Source of the DNA: a virus
Length of the DNA stretch: 64,000 nucleotides
Virus record (IMG/VR): IMGVR_UViG_3300030060_004280
Coordinates: 40,995-104,994 of that record
Reading direction: 5' to 3' (one strand)
In this document: positions 12,401-21,506 of the stretch, piece after piece
Layout of the letters: every line of letters begins with the position of its first letter
Position numbering within the stretch: the first letter of the stretch is position 1
Made by a program: the position numbers and the translations under genes
The notes under the pieces: generated by a model
What the model was told of the DNA's origin: nothing
Database searches by the model: none
Seen by the model: the letters and a program-made list of their open reading frames with translations, nothing else

Positions 12401-15400
12401 TTGAACTTCGGTGATATATCCTGTTCCTGCCGACCACGCCGCGTAAAGAGATGTGTGAACTAATCCACCGGATAAAGGAGGCGCTATACCAAATGGTAAA
12501 TTATCTAATGCAGGTGTAATGTGGTCGCCTTCAAATCTTGTGAACTTTTCACCGCGCAAATGTTTTTTCCATTCCGATGTATCAACAGGATTATTGTTAC
12601 TGTCAATCAAAATAGGTGTAGCAGTATTAGCATTATGTCCGTAATATTTAGTGTTAATCTGTAAGACAGTCTTAGGTAAATATCCTCCATCAAACATCAT
12701 ACCTGCGTTTCTTTCTGTTTGTGTTAGTCCTCCCATATGCGGTTGTGGATTACTACCAATAATACTTGCGCGTGGTGCAGTTTGCGAACTTGACGCTTGT
12801 ATTCCATAATCGTGAAGTAAATCAATATTAAACAAATGATGAAGTGGAGTCACTTCTTTCTTTGAATTAAATGCTTTTATTTTGATAGCGGTTTCTGCAT
12901 TATCGCCAAGCCATTCACTATATTTTCTGCCATCCGGTGCGTATAAATCACTACAATCAAAGTCTTCTCCATCTTCATTATTGGGGTCAATGGTAAATGC
13001 ATGGGCGACAGCCGCCGCCAATAATTCATCAGTAACAATTGTTGTTTGATTAAGATGTGGGCTGATAATAACAGGCGCTTGAGCGTCCGATGAACTCATC
13101 GGACCTTGTTGAGCGACATTGGGGAACATTGCTGATGGTAATGTATTAGCGTCAACTCCTGTTAAACCAAAGAAGCCATGTTCACCATTATACGCGTTAT
13201 GAGTTCTTCCTGTGTAATGAAATACTCGACCTACATGAGCCGCACCACTTGCATAATTTGTTGGTCCATCTGCACATGCAACCCATATCAACCCGCTATC
13301 GGGGAATCCTAACCAACCAAGAACATCTAAATCAGCGCCTTCGGGTAACTCATGCCATATACCCGTATTTTGATTGCCTACCCCTGTTGGGTTACTGTTT
13401 GGTCCACCGTCTTTTGTCAACCATAATGAATTAGGGTATGCGAAACCGGATAAAATACCCAAACTGTCAACTTTAACTTGCGCGTTTGTTCCTTCTAAGC
13501 CAAGAATATCATCTTTAGCGTAACCGCTACCCGCCGATACTATTGCTGATATACCGTTAACTACCCCTCCGCCGCTTACTGTAACAGTTATTGATGCACC
13601 GCTACCTTGATTTGCACCGCTTATGTTGACTAAGTTGTATGTTCCTGCCGCTATTCCCGACCCTGTTACATGTATTGATAATTGAGCAGTATTTGTAATA
13701 CCGCTTGTTCTTTCAAACATTTTACTATCTTTGACGGTAACAGCATAACCTGTGTTATGCGTTCTAATTCCACGCCATGTGTTACCTCTCCACGCTCTCA
13801 CGCTTGATGATGAAACAGAAACTTGATTTTCAACCGGAGTTCCCGACCCTCCAACCCCCCACATTCTATTACCGAGAGTGAATCCACCTTGCGCTACATC
13901 GCGGTCGTCAATGTAAATTACAATCTCTTCATCTATGGTTGGTGGTAATTTAGTATTTTTATGTGTAAATGATTCTCCGCATGTTCTATACACCATACGA
14001 ATGATGTGATTTTTTCCACGATGGTCTGTTATCTTAAACCCATACAAAGGTGCATTACCAATAGCGTCATCAGTAGCGTCTGTGTGAGGAACATAAGAAT
14101 CATAAATAGAATATAATGCATTTCCTGTGCCTACATGACTACCGTATATTTTTTGGAATCTTGAAGTTGAATCACCTTCTGCACCGAAGCCCCATTTACC
14201 TGCGTCCGGCGCAAATCCCGGCACACCGGATGCAACAAGTCCACCAAAGTTAATTCTGCCAACTGCGCGTGTTCCTGTTTGTAATCCTTCACGAACAGTC
14301 ATTTTTGAATTACCATCTTCAAATGACTCCATATTAATAGTGTTAGAGTTTCGACCTGTTGTTGCTTCTGTGTTTGGTGTGCCGCCACCGTTAGGACTTG
14401 ATTCTCCGACGCTATTTGTGTTGTAATTTACATCGTAGCCAAGATTTTGTGAATTGGTTACATCTCCTAATTCTTCATCAAGAGATACATATTCGCGCAA
14501 AGTAGTTATTGGCGCAAACGGTTTTCCATTTTTATCAATAGGCATTGGTGCAGGATGCATATTTTCTCCTGCTATATCGGGCGGAGCGCAGTAATAATTA
14601 CGGAATCGACCACCGTGACCTACTAAGTATTGAGGTCGATATTCCGATTGACCTTTGCTATTATCGAGCCATACGCAGAAATTGCGTCCACTTGCACCCG
14701 GAACTGTGCTATGAATTACGATACTATATCCTTCATTACCGTCAATGTCTTCAACAACTCGACCTATATGTGCGCGTAAATAACCCATATGTGAACCACG
14801 ATTATAAGAGGTAAATGCGCTATCATCCCAAAACGGAGAAGGGTCGTGAGTTCCACCTGTGGTTGCAAAATCAGCGTGATGATGAGCAGAAGTTGGGTCG
14901 CTTGGCTCAAATGTATCATCACCGCTTGCTGATACAGCGCGTCGGTTAATGTCGAACCTTTCTCCTTCTGCGGCATATTGGTCGGATGGTCTTCTTTGAC
15001 TACTTCTGCCGTTGATTGCTCCTGCTTGATTAATCAACCTTACAACTTCTTTAGCGGCGGCTTCTATATCAGTTACACCATCTTTGATACCAACTTCACC
15101 GAAATCAATAGTGAGTCTTCTTGCGAAGTCCATAGCATACCAATGAGGTAAATGTTGTAGCGCGGGTTCATAATGTGAAGCGAGATTTAAGTTACTACCG
15201 CGCTTACCTTTCATGCATAAGAAAGCAGGTATCACTCTTGTCCCATCCGGTGTATCGAAAAATGTTGAATTGAAATTGTAAGCATCTGCCGCATTACTTC
15301 TTATTTTTGCTGATTCTTCCGCTAACATATTTTCAGCATGGCGAATATTCGCCGCGCTAACATCAACTGAACTTGGCTCAACTCGGTCATGTTCTGTTGA

Positions 15401-18400
15401 AGTTATTGCTGATGTTTTGACAATATGTTCTGTTTGGCGAGAAGGTCTTGAATAGTTATTATTAGGTGATGTAGCGTAACCCTCATCCATCAAATACCAT
15501 GAAGCATGCGCGTAAGCGCCTTCTGTATAGACTGACTTTCCTGCTTCGCTATGGAAATGATAATCAACACCACCAACTGCTTGAACAGGAGCCGTAACCG
15601 GGTTTTTTGCTCTATCTTTGTTTTGAGTAGCAAATCCTGCCGCTACATCTAATCCGTTTATTATTGGAGTTTTTGCGCTTGTTTGAACTTGCATATGTAA
15701 ATCATGAAACGCGATAAACTCACGGTCGTGCGCAACATCATAAAGCAATACTCGCGCATGCTGTTCTGTGCTAAGATACGGGTCGAGATACGCTACAATT
15801 GGTGGATTGTTAGTATGACCGAGTTCAGTCCAATTCAACTCAATGGTTTTATTGACATGTTGCACAAAGTTACGAGCAGTTTCAATGCAGGTGTTACCAA
15901 TCAAGAAGTTTTCAAGAGGTAATGTTTCTCGCGCTTCAATACCTAAGTTGCCTTTACCACCATTAAAGCCCGTCCATACTTCATATTCATTTAGAACACC
16001 GCGCGATTTTGCAAACAGCCCTTCGATAGCATGAGGGTTAGTATAATGCATATTCATCCAAACAGTATCACCATATCGTAATCCTCCCGGCGCGTATGGA
16101 TGATTCCATGTTTTGTTAACTGTGCCATCGGATATTTTGTAAATATTGTTGCTAATTGAAGTAATAGTAAAAACATCGCCCGCAGATACAGCACCGCCTC
16201 CTGTTAGAATACTACATACATTAACCTCCATCGTGGCTGTATCGTAAGTAACATCGACTTGTTCACCTGTCAATTCATTTACTGCTTTGTAAAAATAACT
16301 TGCGGGTAATTCACCTTTAGGTAAATCACCTTTGAAAGTTGTAATAAATGGACCTGCACCACTTACTGATAAAGCAGTAATTTTAGCACATCCCGATTCA
16401 ATACGCGCAAGATGAGGGTTAGCAAGTGGCCCTGCTTTGAACTCAACAGCGCTAACATATTGACGCAACCCATAGTCAATGTTGCCTCCTTGAGTTTGCA
16501 CATTTGCGCGGTCATAATAAAACGGACGACGATATTCTTGAGCAGAAGTTAGGGTGTTATGTGTGGTATCAGTATCGAGAGGTTTGAAAATCTTGTATGG
16601 TTGTTGACCGATTGTTAATATTGAGCCTTTTCTAATAGATGAAAAGAAATCAACACTATGATTACCCGGAGTTGTTAACAGTCTAATTCGCTTATTGATT
16701 CTGTCTTGATTAGAAGGGTCGTTTAACATAGCATAATAACACCATTCTCCATTATCAAGAATTACTTTTCTCACCCAATTTTCATAATTACTACCGGCAT
16801 TGCGAACATTTCCTCCCGCGCTTGGGTCGCTACTTGGTATTCTTTCTATTCCTTCTGCAATGTTAAGAATGACAGCATACCTGTTTCCAATGACACCGCC
16901 CATCGACCCTGCAATAGCGCGAGTAGGCTCATTATTATACCATCTTTCATAATAAGAGCCGAATACTGTTTTGTCAACAGCAGGTAATCCTCTTGACCTT
17001 CGACCGACAGGACTTGGACTCCATGTATGTGCGGTCATAGTAGCGTCAAGATGTATCTTCATGCTGTTATCGGGACCCGGAAATATATTCTGTTCCCTAT
17101 TTTCAAAAAATTGATTTGGGAATAACGGTATTTCTGTAAGAGCGCGCGTCGAAGCGTATTGAGAACCAAGTTGATAATCATGAGATATTGTGCCTAATGA
17201 TTGAAACAATCTATCATTGACTGTTGTTCCATCTTCACATATACTTTGAGTATCGAAAAGAGGGTCAAGAACTAATTGGCTACCTATTTTTAATGCGTTA
17301 GCACTCACAAAATCGTTAAATGAATCATGCTCATTACCGCTTGAAGCGATAAAACTACCCGATGATGTTAAACCCGTAGCAGTATCAAATGTGAATGTTG
17401 TTCCTGTTCTTGATTTGTATTCAGCATTAGCGCCGTTTAGTAAATGTATTCTGCCTGTTGGGGGAAAACAATATGTTCCCCAAGATGCAAGATTTGCTGA
17501 TTTATTATTCAAAGGTTGAACTGTTATTGTTCCTGCGGCTGTGTCTATACCTGTCACTTCAACTGCGCAATTTCTGCGAGTGTTCCAACCTACGCGCGAT
17601 AAAGGCGACGGGTCCCATGAAGGTTTTGTGTTGATAGCGCCTTGACCTGCACCACCAAGAGTTACTGATACAACAGGTGCGCCCGGTTGTATTTCTTTTA
17701 CGATGTGGGAATCCGGTGAACCGTCACCTGTGTATGTTACTGATTGGTCGGAAACATCGTCCATCAATCCACGCGCTCTCATGACTAATTCTCTTGAACC
17801 CTTATTGTCTGCTACTTGAAACGAGTTAATTCTGCCTTGACCTTGTATGTATTCAATGGTAGCGTAAGTGTGGTCTGCTGAATTATCTTTAGAGCCTACA
17901 ACCCTTGATAGTTGCATAGTTCTGTTTTTGCGCGAAGGGTGAACTATTACATGATGAAAACTGCCTTCAATATAATTATCAATAATGTCAAACACTTCAA
18001 ATGCCGCGCCTTGTTGAGATGCGGTCTGTTCTGCCACTTGATGAGAAATAGTTGTTCCTCCCGATGGTGGGCTGTTTTCGGGTTTTTCAATAGGTTTTAG
18101 AATTAATTTGTTATAGACAGAAGGGTGTTTTACTTCTTCGTTTGCTCCATCAATAGCAAGAGGAATAGTGTTTGGTAAATCAGTTGCAAGAGCCGGAGTG
18201 TAATTGGCAGGTATTCTTGATTCGTTTAAGTTGTATTCCTTATCCGAACCGCCTGTATTATCTCCAACCAATCTATGCGCAATCATTACAGTTGATGATT
18301 CACCAATCACATCGGATGAAAATGTAACAATACCTCCCGGCGCGTGTATGATAGCGTTAGAGGTATTAGCGATATGATGAGCAACGGTGTTACCATCAAG

Positions 18401-20305
18401 GCGCGTGTTAGCGCTTGGAATTGTTTTTTCGATTAACAAACAAGGATTACTCACACCCATTTTATTACCAACTAAATCTATTGCCTTGTAATGTATCTCA
18501 ACATACGGACAAGATGTAATTGTTGACACCTCCATAATAGCAACGCGCGAAGTGTCTTCGGGTATCATATGAAGAGTATGAGCAGGGTCGCCGGATTGAA
18601 CATCATTAAACCCATGACCCTTTAGCAAAAATGGTTTAATGTTATCAACACCGATAGCAATAACTCCATCTTGATTTGTAGCACCTATTGCCGACATTCC
18701 ATTGCGAACTACATCGGTAACAGTAGCGCTTGTTGTTACTGAATGTATTGCTCCATAAAGAGCCATTTGTGTTAATGATATTTTTGAATTAATAGGGAGT
18801 TGGTCTTTAATACCTAAATTAGCCGCAGGGAAATGAACTCTCATGTTGTCTGCAAGACCATCAATAGTGCGCGTAATAACATGTTCTGTTGACGGCGGTA
18901 GCATTCTTAGGAAATGATGCCCTTCGCCATAATTGTAAAAGTGACGACCGCTATGACCTCTTTTGAACTCATCATTGATAATCCAATTACCCGAAGAAAC
19001 CGTAAATGGATTTCCGCTTTCATTCACAGAACATTGTCGAGAATAGATGAAACCATGAAAGTCATTTCCACTTTCATCAATAACCATCGCGCCTGTTCTA
19101 TCAATTGCTTGACTTGCCATACCCGCCATTTGATGTGGTTTTCCGGTTTGACTGTCAATTAGCAAGTCCGAGCGAATAAGAACTATTGTGCTGTCAAGCG
19201 CTAATTGGTCTGTTGTATCATATGCGCTTCTTGCATGTAATACACCTCTCGCGCCATATGTGTCATCTGCATTGAAATCAAGATGAACGCTGTTAACAGT
19301 AATAGTTCCTGTATCACTAAGGCTAACCAAACGCACTCTTTCCGGTGGTTTGTTGTTTGGTAAGCGAGTCATAACATCTGTGCCTGTTGGATTAATCAAA
19401 AGATTCCAAGAACGATGAGGAATGCTAACTACCTGCTTACCATTTGGATGACCTGTATTCATAGCGCGATAATTACCAAGAGATTCGGGTGTGTATGTTC
19501 CTGTAAATGAATCACTCTTACCGCTAATTATGCGATACAAAGTTTGAACTTGTGTGGTATCAAGAGTAATTGTTGTTGAACCCGCGCTAAGCGCGCTTTT
19601 AATGTGAAAGATTTCCGAATCGACTTCAATAGGTTCTTCAAATCTCCATAGACCTATTGTTCCCGCTTCTTTTGTCAAAGGTAATGCTCGCAAGTCTGTC
19701 GTTGGAACTCCCTTTTTCCAATGAATACTCTCGATATATCCTCTATATTCCCCACCTTTACCACCAATGTAAAAGTCTTGAGTATTGATAGAAATAGAAT
19801 ATTTTTTGTTTAATTTTTCGTAAGCGATAAGTTCACCGTTAATATACAATCTCAATTGATTTTCGCTAAACGCGCCGATAATATGATACAATTCACGCTG
19901 TTCTGTATTCAACCCAACATTGTTTGAAATAAAAGACCCTGCATTTGTTGGATAGTTATTCGCGCTTTGAACTGAAAATGACACTCCTTCTTGAGTATGA
20001 ATTGTGAATATAGCGGGAGCAGGTGCGCCAACGCTACCCATTCTTAATTCAAACACTCCGTCTTTACTTGCAATGATACCGCCGCAATCGGGAGAAACCC
20101 ATGCCTCTAAGGAAAACTTACCAAGTGATTGCATTGAAGTTTTCATTTGTCTATGATTATCGCCGTCTTGAAGGACATGAGATGAAGTGCGCGCACCATC
20201 TGCTAATTGATGCCCTGTGTGGATAAATCCACCTTGAGGGCAAATGACGCTATCATTAACACCGTTGAAAAATAAAGCATTGCTTGATGCGCCGAATACT
20301 GCCAT
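3419..20305 (-). CDS. Giant tail-tip/fibre adhesin with N-terminal LamG (concanavalin A-like) domain, ~5,630 aa
   Basis: Uninterrupted 16.9-kb ORF; likely start MAVFGASS at 20305. N-terminus ALFFNG..D.V...FSLEAWV...LRLYINGEL...IGG...YRGYIESI...GLWRFEE is LamG-like. Contains Gly/Thr-rich repeats and lies downstream of the tape measure and distal tail genes. Confidence 0.75.
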   Translation of the reverse strand: MAVFGASSNALFFNGVNDSVICPQGGFIHTGHQLADGARTSSHVLQDGDNHRQMKTSMQSLGKFSLEAWVSPDCGGIIASKDGVFELRMGSVGAPAPAIFTIHTQEGVSFSVQSANNYPTNAGSFISNNVGLNTEQRELYHIIGAFSENQLRLYINGELIAYEKLNKKYSISINTQDFYIGGKGGEYRGYIESIHWKKGVPTTDLRALPLTKEAGTIGLWRFEEPIEVDSEIFHIKSALSAGSTTITLDTTQVQTLYRIISGKSDSFTGTYTPESLGNYRAMNTGHPNGKQVVSIPHRSWNLLINPTGTDVMTRLPNNKPPERVRLVSLSDTGTITVNSVHLDFNADDTYGARGVLHARSAYDTTDQLALDSTIVLIRSDLLIDSQTGKPHQMAGMASQAIDRTGAMVIDESGNDFHGFIYSRQCSVNESGNPFTVSSGNWIINDEFKRGHSGRHFYNYGEGHHFLRMLPPSTEHVITRTIDGLADNMRVHFPAANLGIKDQLPINSKISLTQMALYGAIHSVTTSATVTDVVRNGMSAIGATNQDGVIAIGVDNIKPFLLKGHGFNDVQSGDPAHTLHMIPEDTSRVAIMEVSTITSCPYVEIHYKAIDLVGNKMGVSNPCLLIEKTIPSANTRLDGNTVAHHIANTSNAIIHAPGGIVTFSSDVIGESSTVMIAHRLVGDNTGGSDKEYNLNESRIPANYTPALATDLPNTIPLAIDGANEEVKHPSVYNKLILKPIEKPENSPPSGGTTISHQVAEQTASQQGAAFEVFDIIDNYIEGSFHHVIVHPSRKNRTMQLSRVVGSKDNSADHTYATIEYIQGQGRINSFQVADNKGSRELVMRARGLMDDVSDQSVTYTGDGSPDSHIVKEIQPGAPVVSVTLGGAGQGAINTKPSWDPSPLSRVGWNTRRNCAVEVTGIDTAAGTITVQPLNNKSANLASWGTYCFPPTGRIHLLNGANAEYKSRTGTTFTFDTATGLTSSGSFIASSGNEHDSFNDFVSANALKIGSQLVLDPLFDTQSICEDGTTVNDRLFQSLGTISHDYQLGSQYASTRALTEIPLFPNQFFENREQNIFPGPDNSMKIHLDATMTAHTWSPSPVGRRSRGLPAVDKTVFGSYYERWYNNEPTRAIAGSMGGVIGNRYAVILNIAEGIERIPSSDPSAGGNVRNAGSNYENWVRKVILDNGEWCYYAMLNDPSNQDRINKRIRLLTTPGNHSVDFFSSIRKGSILTIGQQPYKIFKPLDTDTTHNTLTSAQEYRRPFYYDRANVQTQGGNIDYGLRQYVSAVEFKAGPLANPHLARIESGCAKITALSVSGAGPFITTFKGDLPKGELPASYFYKAVNELTGEQVDVTYDTATMEVNVCSILTGGGAVSAGDVFTITSISNNIYKISDGTVNKTWNHPYAPGGLRYGDTVWMNMHYTNPHAIEGLFAKSRGVLNEYEVWTGFNGGKGNLGIEARETLPLENFLIGNTCIETARNFVQHVNKTIELNWTELGHTNNPPIVAYLDPYLSTEQHARVLLYDVAHDREFIAFHDLHMQVQTSAKTPIINGLDVAAGFATQNKDRAKNPVTAPVQAVGGVDYHFHSEAGKSVYTEGAYAHASWYLMDEGYATSPNNNYSRPSRQTEHIVKTSAITSTEHDRVEPSSVDVSAANIRHAENMLAEESAKIRSNAADAYNFNSTFFDTPDGTRVIPAFLCMKGKRGSNLNLASHYEPALQHLPHWYAMDFARRLTIDFGEVGIKDGVTDIEAAAKEVVRLINQAGAINGRSSQRRPSDQYAAEGERFDINRRAVSASGDDTFEPSDPTSAHHHADFATTGGTHDPSPFWDDSAFTSYNRGSHMGYLRAHIGRVVEDIDGNEGYSIVIHSTVPGASGRNFCVWLDNSKGQSEYRPQYLVGHGGRFRNYYCAPPDIAGENMHPAPMPIDKNGKPFAPITTLREYVSLDEELGDVTNSQNLGYDVNYNTNSVGESSPNGGGTPNTEATTGRNSNTINMESFEDGNSKMTVREGLQTGTRAVGRINFGGLVASGVPGFAPDAGKWGFGAEGDSTSRFQKIYGSHVGTGNALYSIYDSYVPHTDATDDAIGNAPLYGFKITDHRGKNHIIRMVYRTCGESFTHKNTKLPPTIDEEIVIYIDDRDVAQGGFTLGNRMWGVGGSGTPVENQVSVSSSSVRAWRGNTWRGIRTHNTGYAVTVKDSKMFERTSGITNTAQLSIHVTGSGIAAGTYNLVNISGANQGSGASITVTVSGGGVVNGISAIVSAGSGYAKDDILGLEGTNAQVKVDSLGILSGFAYPNSLWLTKDGGPNSNPTGVGNQNTGIWHELPEGADLDVLGWLGFPDSGLIWVACADGPTNYASGAAHVGRVFHYTGRTHNAYNGEHGFFGLTGVDANTLPSAMFPNVAQQGPMSSSDAQAPVIISPHLNQTTIVTDELLAAAVAHAFTIDPNNEDGEDFDCSDLYAPDGRKYSEWLGDNAETAIKIKAFNSKKEVTPLHHLFNIDLLHDYGIQASSSQTAPRASIIGSNPQPHMGGLTQTERNAGMMFDGGYLPKTVLQINTKYYGHNANTATPILIDSNNNPVDTSEWKKHLRGEKFTRFEGDHITPALDNLPFGIAPPLSGGLVHTSLYAAWSAGTGYITEVQYKLENISGSGVGAEVTMDKEGQGGRFRYGNPFRGVGEVTKIGHSYSIGNNAYIYNYSLIVRGQVNLISSKPFGYLALNQGYGYTVGNHATTGGSGNGAVVKITAIKNGALGTSAINNAGTGYASGDTVTQSSSTGSGIDASVFIQGTIGGGQVDGYLFTNTGSGHATGDVITFTGGSGSGFKLTAVIIRDGVIAELDETPVSAGNGYSAEQILTISGGTNGKVKINEVATGTGYDSSVTYTLTGGSGSNAQIQVNTDGDGGITSVAEIMDWGTNHYLNGETLAVSGGGNDASLLVSKVNNARVVIQEITGYAKVFVDDGTEIPRQRIRCNNGWVGQTYRAGPLGREYAWTHRYGAVTSDNYTHTTAATDTFGGAHDISWVEPKTLYYADESILVYPVKDCFLMKTEDGSENWTEPLQGQYPKGIKSNYMTIYSQEFKTDDHARFSGLRLSGNTIGEPLTYFRGAHDSVDHSVPLYFGGGFSGATMDINDGARIDYTTHNEHPYASGPTGCAGMQNIGEKMGSFALLDSAAMFAMFPGTPLCDQMRGSTVPPFANQDAILATDMDGNANSHTGVGATYTNVKVVKPSPIILRFAHPYARYTDSNNSVAYVIFGPGQAAPKHWKGESQSMETSTEPSGKWTVAAKTYAVSNGSTSFIFSAHTDTGHLLPNELHNGTLDSAANQLLPPTDAYGANNVYPGKAFRHWETPLGFANSNYNQTLFNYSRNVSNHFGSPSSVDSAAPPTAHPYSHYQALTRFFGKGITVNPDKINRLIFHLDGGYSPGGSWFDNTIRKNPPHPTTGATVASSQTLTWNSQPIITGLNATMFRVGAAVATGYDTNADTTPPLDTFVIDATRCQNSEELGAIVAAAINTWPGPANLKAIGGSFLPSFQDAQRQDRYSWVQLHQEITSYDDVEGVITLNTTNPFDTMPSTLPANGWVRVSNGTNAFYGYYSHRSDGAFILGNNFRSGANKLEDPTVATGASSVVAAMNTAALGGYQVYVWSKSGNLRWDNGFQTAAVNLRSDSATTVSSEADIVHNRTLSVFDHLAATQVHFNGVTDAIDRTRAVGAVGWHGERYSYLNSLTITDNGPKVAAGLGAWLPASGFNPYGPSQSCHTVNSIQMTIVPADGGIENALYQIVPTVSAHPATSRVHQRHYIAISYEGDLPIIAKASRNGQSTCGDMLSLKWSSSDMGGTVVAYHNERFNNDRYNAESNAGPHVEALHESTSTIPTDGAPLAQTSQSTQASLFQMETCLFPTGDLFYDADHNPGLKNYSIGDTGEVLFDNKRLVNQNTGYTSYGDHLADVLNYPVGRSAARNFFVEHVVWKRMSGGNLSLPAPNARGLGAIPWQVHKVGGNYVKFGETIYGNTRFSFETTNNVMFPIVQAQELAHPSLAQQYPYEIRNALAIPNEELQFEQMVVVDDTGQTHTLAGGSPLGVVIRDYKLVSDRESSGLSPALTNSGLAPNMKIQLPNHDEIPSNILVRSGFDRLQAYQNETMGDGGLQHPAQPSASVLNAFTNDGKTPTTAPYWEQLGYERISNNPNTFPDSQFGLDEDNLLKTAYEPHDRALYFHITKMGYSHTEREPLGIVNGVMTHNPLTVHTIGSNFLKCNEQITVPQAWLQNPTRDGRYFLSVNGTIATFESYVNDGDFAVLNNVVYAPDFTAIAGDTIKPSYYIPAGTTRHFAARRLRDHAEVSGNSPDKPLTDWAGVANSASPATAVRAANKLTPMPLPRMGHHYVTPTMAIMPGHLAHPTYRQITASNNMCNGSTISAEEAAGYANVEQHADTLVWFSGVTSPHPPSDIHGDGFTLMTETKIRFDGYGIADDSAECNAVGGHKIALEIGTNYNTSWNFPDPLEVGAYQIVIQPNLFSQQVMGNSANTVFGSTNAPVDSSGVAQTTKPLLTDQLIATVVSLQWDGVSHRYDLILSEATMADVRGCEIYLNELMLDIDPSTREQFTNVPLLGLQNPFGINASSSGAFTRRSLPYHPNMFRRTTPGPTITVPWWSVAYDQSTVFSGNKWMQTSYYHPDDYYLFCRATLGGVGSQLTMTGYPTHYLDVYTEYLTSLTPTCVIKRVDQSGTKLYVDNNALFPLVGSDYKNHKLAIEGTDGVVYHISYTNRGYISDPDAGENTTVFVGVVATPYVWSKLAENQTVRLTGPSATILEGEVYSKSDRSVATRNLPQLLTGTRDTNSAHTADAYLCLWHYNLGRPMTWFSDSTSNRASANNPSYDHAPYNHLPEHFETVHYQDFIYAMSDGPFKFRMRAWDGPGDALVNTWTDAANYPHQAGTDSMSSPRQYHYGAFWPGGHRFGAQMSDLTLYGTACIGWGGKDGTIQISGNEQGFIIAETDPTSLTDSIVGVETKRRVGVGYRVSVRQPYNRPKWAIKGGQGLRDPYASYHFNLDGPFVSQETGSGSTFTESDSASGVSEAPYTASYTGILERHTNASALIGSDLKGQQVRYSQGRRMTKSFGCALRNIVNPTTGFRLFHADTPAGLEGTDVVNQRVSLALAQAHYMVDWWGNTTGEEVRRFPVRGFGIRPSWDPEDAYHSTDRTVSDEAMIAQRSNIGAALAVNDFYNPATAKRVGDRGDGRGARWPTVFNEDLLQSVDTPLRPTGLVLSHHTSEPPFTSGYIRASNDTLQNYEVPRGISNRLEISSDDGLIKPSATMGSNTATTETGFLPANESIQEPISRTAPRIGLDAPIIGTTDKKYGIIGTEAVSLHTDRAVGQRFILAGGVKTTDRTLSDYDMTAMNMSTNKQVMRFGQTHGIPVIGGSYILEVSSYIDPISDLGWGRAGADANNRSSNPYQTTANNPISTKTNVIDKSIKFLVKPVRVLDHKHIEIFRTDKGNFRSATAAGRYGIFTYDAPNAKANLAETTFLRATNPSPTNAPYPPVYLFDVAGSETTPLSFGPKLPGFEAPSFTLSLKQPVARMTVSSNTLQHYRGDASRRQSVKEDDEIFLSDNYSIQPRFTQLLYPGDKQNTALHTSESNRTDNELD

Positions 20306-20306
20306 A

Positions 20307-21506
20307 TCAAAGCCCCACAATCATATCAATTGGTTGGAATGTGACGCTACCCTCATAGATGTTATTTCCTGCGTCATATCCAAAGTTCATTCCTACAACA
20401 GTTCCGCGAATACCTGTGAACTTGTCAGTAACATTGAAATCTGTTCCGAACTCATTGTAATTTCCAATACTGCTTTGCTCTTCGATAGAGCGCGCACCGG
20501 ACACGATTAATAAGTTGCGTGTGACATATCCATCATTTGAAGTAACATTGTTTGTTTTTTGGACGAGAGAATTGTAAGGGATTTGAATACCGACAATGTA
20601 ATCACCGGAACGGTCAGCAATAGAAAATGATGTATCAAGGCCATGTTCATCACTTTCGTTATCCAACCCAACATCAATAAGCGCGCCCGACACACCGGCA
20701 AGATTCGCATTACCTATCGCCGCGATAAGGTCTTGAAGTTTATCACCCGCGCTTTTACAATTATGCAATGTTCCACCACCAAACAATTCAAACTTGGGTT
20801 TAGCGAGAGTGCCACCATCACTCCAAAAATTAGGAGTAGCGTTGTTTCCATCCGGCCCTAATTCGACTGATGTTATTGTAAGTTTTGAACTGCCCGTCGA
20901 TGCGATAGAACCTACACCTACTGATATTGATAGCGCGTTTAGTATTGTATCACTTGTTGAACCTGTGCTTGTTAACTGAACATTGAATGATTGATTTTGA
21001 TTAAAAGCGGCAACTACTCTTGCCGCAAGTTGCGCGCCCGTTGTTACAGATTGAATACCGACTGTCAATATGGGTGACCCTGTGGCATATGTATGACTTG
21101 TTGTATCTTTATCAAACTTAATTGTAATAGGAGCGCGAACTCGACTTTTGTTTGTGTATGCTGTTGCAAGTTCAAATGTTTTATTGTCTAAATTAGCAAC
21201 GGTTATAGCGCCACCGTCACCGTCCATAAAGAAGTCATTACCTCCACCCGATGCATCAGCGCTTAGGCCAAAATCAATAGTGCAGAAAGCCGCATCTTGT
21301 TGAAATGATGTTGCCGAGCAATCATCATCTCTCAATATACAGTCGATTTGAATATCACATTGAACCGTATTTATGTCAATGGCTAACCTTTCTGCAAGAA
21401 TAGGAATAGGTATTACCGGAACTGAACGAGATACGCTTAGCGTGTATGATGTAGCGTCAAGTTCAATCACTTGGTCGTCTTGTCTAATGAGTCTAATTCT
21501 TGACAT
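20307..21506 (-). CDS. Putative distal tail protein with inserted domain
   Basis: Immediately follows the tape measure gene. N- and C-terminal beta segments (IELDATSYTLSV...; GIRGTVVGMNFGYDAGNNIYEGSVTF) flank a Thr/Gly-rich insertion. Confidence 0.5.
   Translation of the reverse strand: MSRIRLIRQDDQVIELDATSYTLSVSRSVPVIPIPILAERLAIDINTVQCDIQIDCILRDDDCSATSFQQDAAFCTIDFGLSADASGGGNDFFMDGDGGAITVANLDNKTFELATAYTNKSRVRAPITIKFDKDTTSHTYATGSPILTVGIQSVTTGAQLAARVVAAFNQNQSFNVQLTSTGSTSDTILNALSISVGVGSIASTGSSKLTITSVELGPDGNNATPNFWSDGGTLAKPKFELFGGGTLHNCKSAGDKLQDLIAAIGNANLAGVSGALIDVGLDNESDEHGLDTSFSIADRSGDYIVGIQIPYNSLVQKTNNVTSNDGYVTRNLLIVSGARSIEEQSSIGNYNEFGTDFNVTDKFTGIRGTVVGMNFGYDAGNNIYEGSVTFQPIDMIVGL

Noticed and set aside
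3419-20305. Diversity-generating retroelement acting on the tail-tip gene
   Set aside because: No reverse transcriptase is present and I saw no template/variable repeat pair. The shared Gly/Thr module is similar at protein level, not a near-identical DNA copy.
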